Below the pieces are notes generated by a model. It was not told the DNA's origin. It saw only the letters and a list, made by a program, of their open reading frames with translations, and searched no databases. A stretch of 64,000 nt of DNA from Candidatus Omnitrophota bacterium (GTDB lineage: Bacteria > Omnitrophota > Gorgyraeia > Gygaellales > Profunditerraquicolaceae). This document shows, in pieces, positions 9,862 through 18,749 of the stretch. The stretch's first letter is position 1; each line of letters starts with the position of its first letter. The position numbers were made by a program, and so were the translations under genes. The stretch spans positions 268,154 through 332,153 of the forward strand of contig JBAZTA010000002.1 in NCBI GenBank assembly GCA_041662125.1, written 5' to 3'.

Positions 9862-11025
9862 ATGGTAATTGACCCGATTTGCGGAATGCAGGTTCACCCT
9901 CAGTCATCTGTTAAAGTTGCCAAAGATGGCGTTGATTATTTCTTTTGTTCTACTCATTGCCGTGATAAGTTCATCCAGCAGGAAGGTATTAAAGATACTA
10001 CTGCCTGTTGTTCATCGCCGCGCAAGCCGTTTTATAAGCATAAATTATTTATACTCGCGGTTATTGTGGGTGGGTTTCTTCTGGCTTCTCTGTATTTCTC
10101 CTGGCTTGGGCCGTTCCGGAAAGCATTCTTTTTATATCTAAAATCGATCTGGTGGGCAGTGCTTCTGGGGTTATTCTTAGGGGGGATTATTGATTACTAT
10201 ATCCCGCGCGAATATATTTCCAAGGTGCTTGCCCGGAAAAGCCCGAAAACGATCTTGAACGCGGTTTTCCTGGGTTTCTTAATGAGCGCGTGCAGTCATG
10301 GGATATTGGCGCTCGCCATTCAGATACATAAAAAAGGCGCTTCTATCCCTGCAGTTGTCAGTTTCTTGTTAGCCAGCCCTTGGGCAAACCTTACCATTAC
10401 GATAATGCTTATCAGCCTCTTTGGCCTGAAGGGGATCCTTATTATTATCGCGGCGATCATGGTTGCGATCAATACCGGTTTTATATTTATGTTTCTGGAA
10501 AATAAGGGGTTGATCGAAAAAAACAAGAATATCGTCAGCGTCGCTGAAGAATTTTCTATTATTAACGATCTGAAGGCCCGGGCAAAGCTTTATACGTTTG
10601 GGGTTAATAGCTTGGTTGCTGATGGAAAGGGGGTCTTAAACGGCGCTTGGGCTCTTGCTGATATGGTTTTATGGTGGATTGTTTTAGGCGTGTTTATTTC
10701 AAGCCTTGCCGGCGCCTATATCCCGACGCATTTCTTTCATAAATTTATGGGCCCGACGTTGGTGGGGTTATTGGTAACATTATCGCTGGCTACGGTAATA
10801 GAAGTTTGTTCTGAAGGGTCTTCGCCGCTTGCTTTTGAAATTTACCGGCAAACCGGCGCTTTAGGGAACAGTTTTGTATTCCTTATGGCTGGGGTGGTGA
10901 CAGATTATACGGAAATAGGGTTATTGTGGTCGAATGTCGGAAGGCGCACCGCGCTTTGGCTGCCGGTGATTGCTGTCCCTCAGGTCGTAGTTCTTGGTGT
11001 TTTGGCGAATATTTTTTTTAAATAG
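9862..11025 (+). CDS. permease with N-terminal YHS/TRASH metal-binding domain (SO_0444-type Cu/Zn efflux permease family)
   Basis: N-terminal DPICGMQV...FCSTHCRDKF YHS motif followed by a COG0701-like permease body. Confidence 0.75.
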   Translation: MVIDPICGMQVHPQSSVKVAKDGVDYFFCSTHCRDKFIQQEGIKDTTACCSSPRKPFYKHKLFILAVIVGGFLLASLYFSWLGPFRKAFFLYLKSIWWAVLLGLFLGGIIDYYIPREYISKVLARKSPKTILNAVFLGFLMSACSHGILALAIQIHKKGASIPAVVSFLLASPWANLTITIMLISLFGLKGILIIIAAIMVAINTGFIFMFLENKGLIEKNKNIVSVAEEFSIINDLKARAKLYTFGVNSLVADGKGVLNGAWALADMVLWWIVLGVFISSLAGAYIPTHFFHKFMGPTLVGLLVTLSLATVIEVCSEGSSPLAFEIYRQTGALGNSFVFLMAGVVTDYTEIGLLWSNVGRRTALWLPVIAVPQVVVLGVLANIFFK

Positions 11026-11039
11026 AAAGGAGTAATAAG

Positions 11040-11150
11040 ATGAAACTGTTCCTTATTGTGCTTTCAATAGTTGTTATCGTGTTATTGGTCATGAAAAAGA
11101 GCGGCGGCAAAGGTTGTGGCTGCGGCTGCGGTGGGGCACAGAAGAAATAA
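11040..11150 (+). CDS. FeoB-associated Cys-rich small membrane protein (36 aa)
   Basis: MKLFLIVLSIVVIVLLVMKKSGGKGCGCGCGGAQKK: one TM helix plus a CGCGCG tail, with an AAGGAG RBS at 11027. It is absent from the ORF track because of its size. Confidence 0.6.
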   Translation: MKLFLIVLSIVVIVLLVMKKSGGKGCGCGCGGAQKK

Positions 11151-11171
11151 CTATTGCAGGAGATGGTTGGT

Positions 11172-11903
11172 ATGAAGTTTGAATCGATCAAGACGCAAGT
11201 GATACTTTTTTTGTCGGCTTTCGCGGTTTTCCTTGCGATAAAAGACCGGGACGCAGTGTTCCTTTTTACAACATTGACCGCTGTTGTTTCTGCGGCTCTT
11301 TGCGAGACAGCGTTTATTTTCCTCAGGGAAAGGAAATTAAGATTGACTGAAAGTTCTCTCATTTCAGGGTTGATCATTGGTTTTGTCCTTTTCAGGAGCC
11401 AGCCTTGGTGGGTTTTTACGCTGGCTGCGTTTTTAGCTGTTAGCTCAAAGTATGTTCTCCGATTTAATAATAAGCATGTGTTTAATCCTGCGGCATTCGG
11501 CGTATTCATGGTGATTGTGTTGTTCCGGGCGCAAACTCAGTGGCAGGGGACGTATGACTGGTATATTCTGGCTCCGGCAGGATTGTATGGTATTGCTAAA
11601 ATCCGTAAATTAGAAGTACTCGCCGGGTATGGGCTGACAACGCTGGTGTTATTTGGGGTTCAGGCAATGCTGCAGAAGGTCCCGCTTCTTAATATTTTCG
11701 GGTACGTAAGTTATTTTTATATCTTTGTGATGATGATCGAGCCCCGGACGAGCCCACTAAAGCCCCGGGCAAAATGGCTTTTTGGTATCGGGCTTGCTGC
11801 TCTTATTTTTATATTAACCGGCCTCAATGTAAGATTTGATGTCGAGCTTTGCAGTTTGCTGATCATGAATATGTGTGTGCCGGTATTGAATAAGTTTGGA
11901 TAG
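11172..11903 (+). CDS. hypothetical polytopic membrane protein, possibly NqrB/RnfD-like
   Basis: Multi-TM protein with FNPAAFG and MMIEPRTSP blocks that resemble the RnfD/NqrB family. AGGAGA RBS before the ATG at 11172. Confidence 0.45.
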   Translation: MKFESIKTQVILFLSAFAVFLAIKDRDAVFLFTTLTAVVSAALCETAFIFLRERKLRLTESSLISGLIIGFVLFRSQPWWVFTLAAFLAVSSKYVLRFNNKHVFNPAAFGVFMVIVLFRAQTQWQGTYDWYILAPAGLYGIAKIRKLEVLAGYGLTTLVLFGVQAMLQKVPLLNIFGYVSYFYIFVMMIEPRTSPLKPRAKWLFGIGLAALIFILTGLNVRFDVELCSLLIMNMCVPVLNKFG

Positions 11904-11965
11904 GATTGGATAGGATAGGGTTGCCTTTATTGTGCGCTTAATGAGGGATTAAAAAGGGAGGTTGT

Positions 11966-12316
11966 ATGTTAAAAGTAATTAAGCTTATGGTTGTATTGTT
12001 TTTCTTGGGAATATCGACTTTGGCATATGCTCATCCACCGTCAGATATCGCGATAACTTTTGATCCGGCGTCTAAAATTTTGCAAGCGGTCATTACTCAT
12101 CCGGTAAGCAATCCGGAAAATCATTTTATCAATAAAGTAGATATCGGGTTAAACGGGAAAGAGATCGTTGAACATAAGATCTCGAAACAGGATAATAATT
12201 CTACGCAGACGGTTAGTTATCTCTTGCCTGATGTAAAACTTGGTGATACAGTATCGGTAGAAGCGTATTGCAGTATCAGCGGGAAATTGGAGAAAGAAAT
12301 AAAGATAACAAAGTAA
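11966..12316 (+). CDS. hypothetical secreted protein
   Basis: Signal peptide ending AYA, with a GGGAGG RBS. Confidence 0.5.
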   Translation: MLKVIKLMVVLFFLGISTLAYAHPPSDIAITFDPASKILQAVITHPVSNPENHFINKVDIGLNGKEIVEHKISKQDNNSTQTVSYLLPDVKLGDTVSVEAYCSISGKLEKEIKITK

Positions 12317-12368
12317 AAGATGCGCTTTCGCGATGTATCGTTCTGAGCCAGAAAAGGGGAGGAGAAGT

Positions 12369-12779
12369 ATGGGAGAAGAGTTTGTGGATCGGGAAAGGAT
12401 CTATCGGGATTTAAATGCTCTTGCCGGTGAATACAAAGACATCAAGGACCGAATAGCCGCTGATATTGAATCTTTAGTTAAGCTCTTGAGAGAAAAGTCT
12501 GATGCCATCAGCGTTTTTCAGAAAGAGATGCAGGACGTTCAATGGTTTTTAGGAGAAGAAAAAAGCAAACGCGATTTCATGGAAAAAGAATTGTATCATA
12601 AAGGCCAGTATATACAGCAGCTGGAAAATGATCTGCAGAAAGTCAGGACTTGTTTTGGTGAATCGCAGTGGTACCTCGGAGAAGAACGGTCAAAACGGGA
12701 GCAGCTTGAGTATGAATTAAGAGGCTGCCAAAACCGCTGCCAGGAGTTAGACGCGCAATTGAAGCATGTGCGGGTGTAG
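12369..12779 (+). CDS. hypothetical coiled-coil protein with an internal tandem repeat
   Basis: The repeat QWFLGEEKSKRDF / QWYLGEERSKREQ and heptad-like charge periodicity. GGGGAGGAG RBS before the ATG at 12369. Confidence 0.5.
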   Translation: MGEEFVDRERIYRDLNALAGEYKDIKDRIAADIESLVKLLREKSDAISVFQKEMQDVQWFLGEEKSKRDFMEKELYHKGQYIQQLENDLQKVRTCFGESQWYLGEERSKREQLEYELRGCQNRCQELDAQLKHVRV

Positions 12780-12848
12780 GGGGAGTTGAAGGCTTAGGCG
12801 GGAGGTTAGGTGGGGGGTTCTGCCGGCGAAAAAAAATAATTTTTTTTC

Positions 12849-12876
12849 TTGACAAATGATACAGATATGGTATCAT
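12849..12876 (+). promoter_or_regulatory. sigma70-like promoter with an overlapping palindromic operator upstream of the Rrf2 regulator gene
   Basis: TTGACA at 12849..12854, a 16-nt spacer, and TATCAT at 12871..12876. The palindrome TGATAC-N7-GTATCA at 12857..12875 spans the spacer and -10 element. Confidence 0.5.
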
Positions 12877-13039
12877 TAAGCCTGAGAAAGGATGGTGTTT
12901 ATGAACGTTACTCTTAGGTATATGTTACGCCCCGTTGCTCATTGTAAAGAGGGGTGTACTCTTGTGTCCCGGGCACGACGTTAAACTGCCCATTGTAATT
13001 TAAATGAGTTTTTGCGGGTAGGATTGAAAGGGTTGAGGC

Positions 13040-13438
13040 ATGAAGTTGATGACTCGGGATACGGATTATGCGGTGCGGGCGTTATGTTTTATTGCCCGGT
13101 CAAAGGAAAAGATCATTACTGCGGCTGATTTGGTAGCTGCGCTAAAAATACCGCGTCCTTTTTTGCGTAAACTTCTGCAAAAATTAAATAAAGAGGGAAT
13201 CTTGGCTTCATATAAAGGGGCAGGTGGTGGGTTCTTATTGGATGAGCCGCCGCATACTATCACGGTATTACGATTGATCTCAATTTTTCAGGGCAATTTC
13301 GAACTCAGCGAATGTTTATTTAAGAAACGCTCCTGTCCGGGGCAAGATACGTGTGTGTTGCGGGGTAAAATAAAACTGATCGAGGGGCGCGTGTCTTCAG
13401 AATTAAAGAAAATCAGTATTGCGTCGTTAATCCATTAA
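13040..13438 (+). CDS. Rrf2-family transcriptional regulator (NsrR/IscR-like, Cys-containing)
   Basis: Rrf2 wHTH N-terminus DTDYAVRALCFIA..., a C-terminal CPGQDTC cysteine cluster, and a position immediately upstream of hcp. Confidence 0.85.
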   Translation: MKLMTRDTDYAVRALCFIARSKEKIITAADLVAALKIPRPFLRKLLQKLNKEGILASYKGAGGGFLLDEPPHTITVLRLISIFQGNFELSECLFKKRSCPGQDTCVLRGKIKLIEGRVSSELKKISIASLIH

Positions 13439-13477
13439 AGCGCGTTTTAAAACTGATTTCTAACAAAGAGGGGATCA

Positions 13478-14314
13478 ATGGCTCAAAGGCAGATGATTGA
13501 AATTGATGAGGGGAAATGTAATGGGTGCGGTGAATGTATCCCTAATTGCCCTGAAGGAGCGTTACAAATAATTGACGGAAAAGCACGCTTGATCAGTGAT
13601 TTGTTTTGTGATGGTTTAGGGGCATGTATCGGGCATTGCCCCCAGGGTGCTATAGCAACGCTGACGAGGGAAGCTCAGGGCTATGATGAAAAAAGGGTTA
13701 TGGAGAACATTGTCAAACAGGGACAGAATGTTATTAAGGCTCATTTAGAACATCTCAAAAACCATGGGCAGGAAGGATATTTGAAGCAGGCGTTGGATTT
13801 TCTAAAGAAGTGCCCATCAGCCACGGATAAAGCTTTGGGGTGTCCTTCAGTGGAGAGTGCTTCTGGAGGTTGCCCTGGTTCAAAAATGATGGATTTTCGC
13901 GCGAAAGATAATGATGTGCCGCAACGCAGGACAAATCATCAGTCAGCATCTGCGTTAAAGCAGTGGCCGGTACAGATCATGCTTGTGCCTGCGCATGCGC
14001 CATTCTTTGAGAACGCAGAGGTGCTTATTGCCGCGGATTGCGTGCCTTTTGCGTACGCTGATTTCCATGAGGATTTGTTGAAAGGAAAGGTCCTGTTAGT
14101 CGGCTGCCCCAAATTAGATGAGTTGAATGTTTATGGGGCAAAATTCTCAGAGATCCTGGAACAGCATGCGATCAAGTCTATCACGTATGCGCATATGGAA
14201 GTCCCGTGTTGTTTTGGGATGATCAATGTTATTAAGTCTGCGATTGCAGCTTCAGGGAAGAAGGTTCCCTTTGAAGAAGTAACAATAAGTATAAAAGGAG
14301 AACGGTTGCGTTAA
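13478..14314 (+). CDS. 4Fe-4S dicluster ferredoxin-domain protein
   Basis: CNGCGECIPNCP and CDGLGACIGHCP cluster motifs, plus further C-terminal Cys pairs. Confidence 0.7.
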   Translation: MAQRQMIEIDEGKCNGCGECIPNCPEGALQIIDGKARLISDLFCDGLGACIGHCPQGAIATLTREAQGYDEKRVMENIVKQGQNVIKAHLEHLKNHGQEGYLKQALDFLKKCPSATDKALGCPSVESASGGCPGSKMMDFRAKDNDVPQRRTNHQSASALKQWPVQIMLVPAHAPFFENAEVLIAADCVPFAYADFHEDLLKGKVLLVGCPKLDELNVYGAKFSEILEQHAIKSITYAHMEVPCCFGMINVIKSAIAASGKKVPFEEVTISIKGERLR

Positions 14315-14329
14315 TCATGGGGAGGAAAA

Positions 14330-15619
14330 ATGTTTTGTTATCAATGCGAACAAACGGCAGGGGGAAGCGGTTGCACGAAAATGGGAGTATGCGGGAAGAA
14401 TGAAGATATCCAAAGTTTACAGGATATTTTATTATATGGCCTTAAAGGTATCGCTGCGTATGGTTTTCACGCGCGGGAATTAGGCGCAATAAGCCAGGAA
14501 GTAGACGGGTTTATGCATGAGGCGTTATTTAAGACAGTGACCAATGTGAGCTTTGACCTTAATCAACATATTGCTGAGGTTTTGAAATGCGGGGAAATGA
14601 ACTTAAAAATGATGGAAGTTTTAGATAAGGCGCATACCCAGCGCTTTGGTAATCCGGTCCCTGTGGAAGTAGAAACAGGAACGCGTAAAGGCCCGGGTAT
14701 CTTGGTTACCGGCCATGACCTGCTTGACCTCTCTGAGTTGCTCAAACAAACAGAAGGAACGGGCGTCAATATCTATACGCATAGCGAGATGCTTCCTGCC
14801 CACGGTTATCCGGAGTTAAAGAAATTCAAGCATCTGGCAGGTAATTATGGGGGGGCCTGGCAAGAGCAGAAAAAAGAATTTAAAGAGTTTAGCGGCGCTA
14901 TCCTGGCGACTACCAATTGCGTTTTGATCCCTCCTGACAATACTTATTTGGACAGGCTTTTTACGGTAGGCATAACCGGGATACCGGGGGCAACGCATAT
15001 TAAGGGAAGGGATTTTACTGAGTTGATAAAAAAAGCAAAATCATTGCCGGGATTGCCTGAAGCGCCTTCAAAGAAGATCATGACCGGGTTTCATCACACG
15101 GCTATCTTAGGATTGGCGGATAAGATCATCGCTGCGGTCAAAGCCGGGAAAATAAAGCATTTTTTCCTTATCGGGGGCTGCGATGGCGCAAAGGCGGGGC
15201 GTAATTATTACACTGAATTCGCGGAGAAAGTGCCTGCTGATTGCGTGATCTTAACGCTTGCCTGCGGAAAATACCGTTTCAATAAGCTCGACTTTGGTTC
15301 TATTGAGGGGATCCCGCGTTTGATTGATATTGGCCAGTGTAACAACGCGTATTCGGCGATACAGGTTGCCCTTGCTTTATCCAAGGCGTTTAATTGCGGG
15401 GTCAATGATTTGCCGTTGTCATTCGTTTTATCGTGGTTTGAGCAGAAAGCAATTGCTATCCTTTTAACGTTGCTGTATCTGGGTATCAAGGGGATCCGTA
15501 TCGGCCCTACGCCGCCGGCATTTATTACCCCGAATGTTTTAAGGGTGCTTCAGGATAATTTTGATTTAAAATTGATCACAACGCCGGATAAGGATTTGGC
15601 GGCGATACTGAAGAAATAA
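14330..15619 (+). CDS. hcp: hybrid cluster protein / hydroxylamine reductase (short class)
   Basis: The hallmark N-terminus MFCYQCEQTAGGSGCTKMGVCGK and conserved Hcp core blocks. Confidence 0.9.
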   Translation: MFCYQCEQTAGGSGCTKMGVCGKNEDIQSLQDILLYGLKGIAAYGFHARELGAISQEVDGFMHEALFKTVTNVSFDLNQHIAEVLKCGEMNLKMMEVLDKAHTQRFGNPVPVEVETGTRKGPGILVTGHDLLDLSELLKQTEGTGVNIYTHSEMLPAHGYPELKKFKHLAGNYGGAWQEQKKEFKEFSGAILATTNCVLIPPDNTYLDRLFTVGITGIPGATHIKGRDFTELIKKAKSLPGLPEAPSKKIMTGFHHTAILGLADKIIAAVKAGKIKHFFLIGGCDGAKAGRNYYTEFAEKVPADCVILTLACGKYRFNKLDFGSIEGIPRLIDIGQCNNAYSAIQVALALSKAFNCGVNDLPLSFVLSWFEQKAIAILLTLLYLGIKGIRIGPTPPAFITPNVLRVLQDNFDLKLITTPDKDLAAILKK

Positions 15620-15636
15620 GAGGCTTTTATCAGGCT

Positions 15637-15891
15637 ATGGCTCGCATTAAACTTGACCTCCATGATATTTTTAATAAAGGCGGGGCAATCGAATTGTCGC
15701 TTAATCGGGCGCTTGATGAAGCAGTACAAAAAAAGATCCCTTTACTTGAAATCATCCCGGGCAAAGGAAGCGGCCAATTAAAAAAGCATGTGCTGCGTTT
15801 CCTTGAGAAGAAGGAAATAAAAAGACTGTATCACCGGATAGAGAAAGATGACAAGAATTTTGGCAGGATCTTTGTTCATTTCAGGTTTTAG
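15637..15891 (+). CDS. Smr-domain protein
   Basis: LDLHD...IIPGKGSG...LKKHVLRFL, the Smr-domain pattern. Confidence 0.65.
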   Translation: MARIKLDLHDIFNKGGAIELSLNRALDEAVQKKIPLLEIIPGKGSGQLKKHVLRFLEKKEIKRLYHRIEKDDKNFGRIFVHFRF

Positions 15892-16044
15892 GTTTCAGAA
15901 AAATTTTCTTGATTTTTTCTGTTTACTCTCGCATTTATAGGCGTATAATAATTAATAAAGCGTTTTGAGCTCTGGCTGGCGAGCTGGTATAAGGTGTCTT
16001 GTATCGCTTATGCGTAATAAGCCAGAGGTATAGGGAGGTAGGAA

Positions 16045-16125
16045 ATGGGATGTGGTGTATGCGGAGCTAAGAAAGCAAAGAAACCGGTGAAGAAAGCCAA
16101 GAAAGTAATCAAGAAAAAGAAATAG
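16045..16125 (+). CDS. candidate small CxxC/poly-lysine peptide (26 aa)
   Basis: MGCGVCGAKKAKKPVKKAKKVIKKKK. A GGGAGG RBS lies 6 nt upstream. It is preceded by a hairpin-rich leader and followed by a terminator hairpin. Confidence 0.3.
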   Translation: MGCGVCGAKKAKKPVKKAKKVIKKKK

Positions 16126-16139
16126 TATTATTTATCAAA

Positions 16140-16167
16140 GGCAGGCACTTTTCGGTGCCTGCCTTTC
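16140..16167 (+). terminator. rho-independent terminator-like hairpin
   Basis: A 9-bp stem ggcaggcac/gtgcctgcc with a 6-nt loop, followed by a short TTT tract. Confidence 0.45.
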
Positions 16168-16258
16168 CCTTGAGCGCCACAATTAAGCCTGCGGTACAGT
16201 GATAAGAAACTCTTTTGTCAGAGAAAAAATTAGAACAGGTAAAAGGAAAATATTGGCG

Positions 16259-17005
16259 ATGAGCGATTTAGTATCTATCAAAAGCATTAAATTCATTTTT
16301 ATCGCGTTTTTTTTATTTGTTTTCCCGCTTATTTGTTTTCCCGCTTCTTCTGAAGAAACAGAAAAAATGGTTGGCAATATCCATTGGTTAGGCCAAGCCG
16401 GTTTTCGTGTTGAGGGCTCAAAAGTCATTTATTTTGATCCTTGGAAATTAGCGAGTGATGTCCCCAAAGCAGATTTTATTTTTATTTCGCATGACCATGA
16501 TGACCATTTCTCAAAAGATGATATCGCGCGTATCAGCACAAAAAATACCTATATTGTTACGGATATGTCTGTGAGCAGCCAATTGCAGGATTTTAAGGAG
16601 GCGGTTAGCCAGATCAAAGCAATGGTGCCGGGGGAAGAATGCCTGATCGGCGGTTTGGCGGTTACTGCGACAGCCAGTTATAATACGAATAAGAAATTTC
16701 ATCCCCAGGATAGTAAAAAACTTGGTTTTATCGTAGTTGTCGACGGCCAGAGAATTTATCACGCGGGGGATACAGATAATATCCCGGAAATGAAAGATTA
16801 TCGTTGTGATATCGCTTTACTGCCGGTAAGCGGGACGTATGTAATGACTGCCGAGGAAGCTGCGCAGGCGGCTATAGCGATCGGCCCAAAAGTAGCTATC
16901 CCAATGCATTATGGAGAAATCGTCGGATCGAGTAATGATGCAAAGCGTTTTCAGGATTTGTTAAAAGGAAAGATTGAGGTAAGGATCTTGACGAAAAACA
17001 ATTAA
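16259..17005 (+). CDS. MBL-fold metallo-hydrolase (secreted)
   Basis: HDHDDH motif and an N-terminal signal peptide. The start was moved to the ATG at 16259, which has an AAGGAAAA RBS. Confidence 0.8.
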   Translation: MSDLVSIKSIKFIFIAFFLFVFPLICFPASSEETEKMVGNIHWLGQAGFRVEGSKVIYFDPWKLASDVPKADFIFISHDHDDHFSKDDIARISTKNTYIVTDMSVSSQLQDFKEAVSQIKAMVPGEECLIGGLAVTATASYNTNKKFHPQDSKKLGFIVVVDGQRIYHAGDTDNIPEMKDYRCDIALLPVSGTYVMTAEEAAQAAIAIGPKVAIPMHYGEIVGSSNDAKRFQDLLKGKIEVRILTKNN

Positions 17006-17013
17006 CGGTGGTT

Positions 17014-17391
17014 ATGAAAAGATTGTTGGCTTTGACAGGAGTGGTGTTTTGCTTCTTTTTCTTTCTGCCATGCATTACCTATGCCCAAAAACAGGAAGTT
17101 AAATCAAAGGAATTGCAGTTTACCGGGAAGATTATAGAAATTACGGGGAAATATGTTTTTGTGGAAAAAATACGGCCTGATCGCGTGGTCATACGGAACC
17201 ATTATAAAATTGTTGCGCAAACTATTATACTGCCGGACAACCTTAAGCCGGGAGATACGGTTGTGGTATATTTCAAGCGCCGTAATAGAGGAAAAAGAAC
17301 CAGGTCTATGCTTGTGGCTGAAAAAATTGATTTTGGTGATGGGTTAAGAAAAGAGCCCCTCACGAAGCAGGTTGAAAAGAAATTGTACTAA
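17014..17391 (+). CDS. hypothetical secreted protein
   Basis: Signal peptide MKRLLALTGVVFCFFFFLPCITYA. Confidence 0.5.
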   Translation: MKRLLALTGVVFCFFFFLPCITYAQKQEVKSKELQFTGKIIEITGKYVFVEKIRPDRVVIRNHYKIVAQTIILPDNLKPGDTVVVYFKRRNRGKRTRSMLVAEKIDFGDGLRKEPLTKQVEKKLY

Positions 17392-17433
17392 CAGGTTCCT
17401 TTGAAGAAAGCATACGAGCCAGCAGGAGGTTTG

Positions 17434-18189
17434 ATGACGGATAAGATCTTGATTGTCGATGATGATGCTGACTTTCGCAGTGAATTAAAGGATTATTTTG
17501 ATGATTACGAGGTAATCGAGGCTGCTAACGGTTCTGAGGCATTACATATATTGAAGCAGGCGCACCAGGTCGGTTTGGTCATTTTAGATGTTATGATGCC
17601 GGGTTTAAGCGGAATGGATGTTTTGCGTGAGATCAAAAAAGCAGATCCGTCGATAAGTATTGTTATCTTAACCGGTTATAGCTCTAAGGATGTAGCTGTT
17701 GAGGCGTTAAAGGCCCATGCTGATGACTACATTGAGAAACCACTCGATATTCATAAAATAAAAGAGATCGTTGACCGTTTATTGGAAAATAAGCTGGAAG
17801 AAAGCGGTATTGATACCAATAGCATACGCGGAAAGATCGAGAAAATTAAACATTTTACCGAGCGCAATTGTTATAAAAAGATTTCATTGCGCCATGTGGC
17901 TCAAGAAGTTTGTTTAAGCCCGAAATACTTAAGCAGGATCTTTAAGCAGGTTACCGGTGGAAGTTTTAGTGATTACCGGCTCGGGCTGAAGATGGAGAAG
18001 GCAAAGCATCTTTTGCTTGAGACGGGATATAACATAAATCAAATAGCGGATAAATTAGCTTACCAGAATGCTGAATCGTTTATACGGATATTCAGTAAAA
18101 ATACCGGTTCTACCCCTGCCGATTATCGAAATAATCGTAATACCAAGAAAGCCTGTAAACAACGAAAGCTTAAGAGAAGAAATAAATAA
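17434..18189 (+). CDS. response regulator with AraC-type HTH output domain
   Basis: REC domain (ILIVDDD...LDVMMPGLSGMDV...K) plus a C-terminal AraC HTH. A perfect AGGAGG RBS precedes the ATG at 17434. Confidence 0.85.
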   Translation: MTDKILIVDDDADFRSELKDYFDDYEVIEAANGSEALHILKQAHQVGLVILDVMMPGLSGMDVLREIKKADPSISIVILTGYSSKDVAVEALKAHADDYIEKPLDIHKIKEIVDRLLENKLEESGIDTNSIRGKIEKIKHFTERNCYKKISLRHVAQEVCLSPKYLSRIFKQVTGGSFSDYRLGLKMEKAKHLLLETGYNINQIADKLAYQNAESFIRIFSKNTGSTPADYRNNRNTKKACKQRKLKRRNK

Positions 18190-18235
18190 TCCCTAAACTA
18201 AATCATAGGAATTGTTTTAGCCCAGGAGGTATCCC

Positions 18236-18748
18236 ATGGAAACAATTGCATGTATAGCCAATCGCGTGAGCATTCGAGAATATAATGCTTCGCCCCTGAG
18301 TAGGGAAGTTTTGGAAATGTTAGTTGATTGTGGCAGGCGCGCTCCAACTGCGCGGGCAGTAGAACCATGGCATTTTGTGGTGGTAACGGCTAAAGAATGT
18401 TTAATCAAGCTGGCGAGCCTGGCGCCTACCGGGGGTTTTCTTCGGGATGCCGCCGCTTGTATCGTGGTTTTTTGCCAGGATACAAAATATTACCTTGAAG
18501 ACGGCTGCGCGGCGACAGAAAATATATTGCTTGCTGCCGCTGACCAGGGCCTCGGAGCCTGCTGGATTGCTGGTGATAAGAAAGAATTTGCTCCTGAGGT
18601 TTCTTTGTTACTTGATGCGCCAGATCATATGAAATTGGTCAGCTTGATATCTTTGGGATATCCGTTAAAGGGGAGAAAACAATCAAAAAAACTCAGTTTG
18701 CAGGACGTTTTGCATTGGGAGAAGTTTGCGGCCAAGACCGGGTCTTGA
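18236..18748 (+). CDS. nitroreductase-family protein
   Basis: Nitroreductase fold motifs (RRAPTARAVEPWHFVVV). Confidence 0.8.
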   Translation: METIACIANRVSIREYNASPLSREVLEMLVDCGRRAPTARAVEPWHFVVVTAKECLIKLASLAPTGGFLRDAAACIVVFCQDTKYYLEDGCAATENILLAAADQGLGACWIAGDKKEFAPEVSLLLDAPDHMKLVSLISLGYPLKGRKQSKKLSLQDVLHWEKFAAKTGS

Positions 18749-18749
18749 A

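Noticed and set aside
15892-15925. AT-rich hairpin cagaaaaa...tttttctg after the Smr gene as a terminator.
   Set aside because: The stem is entirely A/T (very low stability), so it was not listed as a feature.
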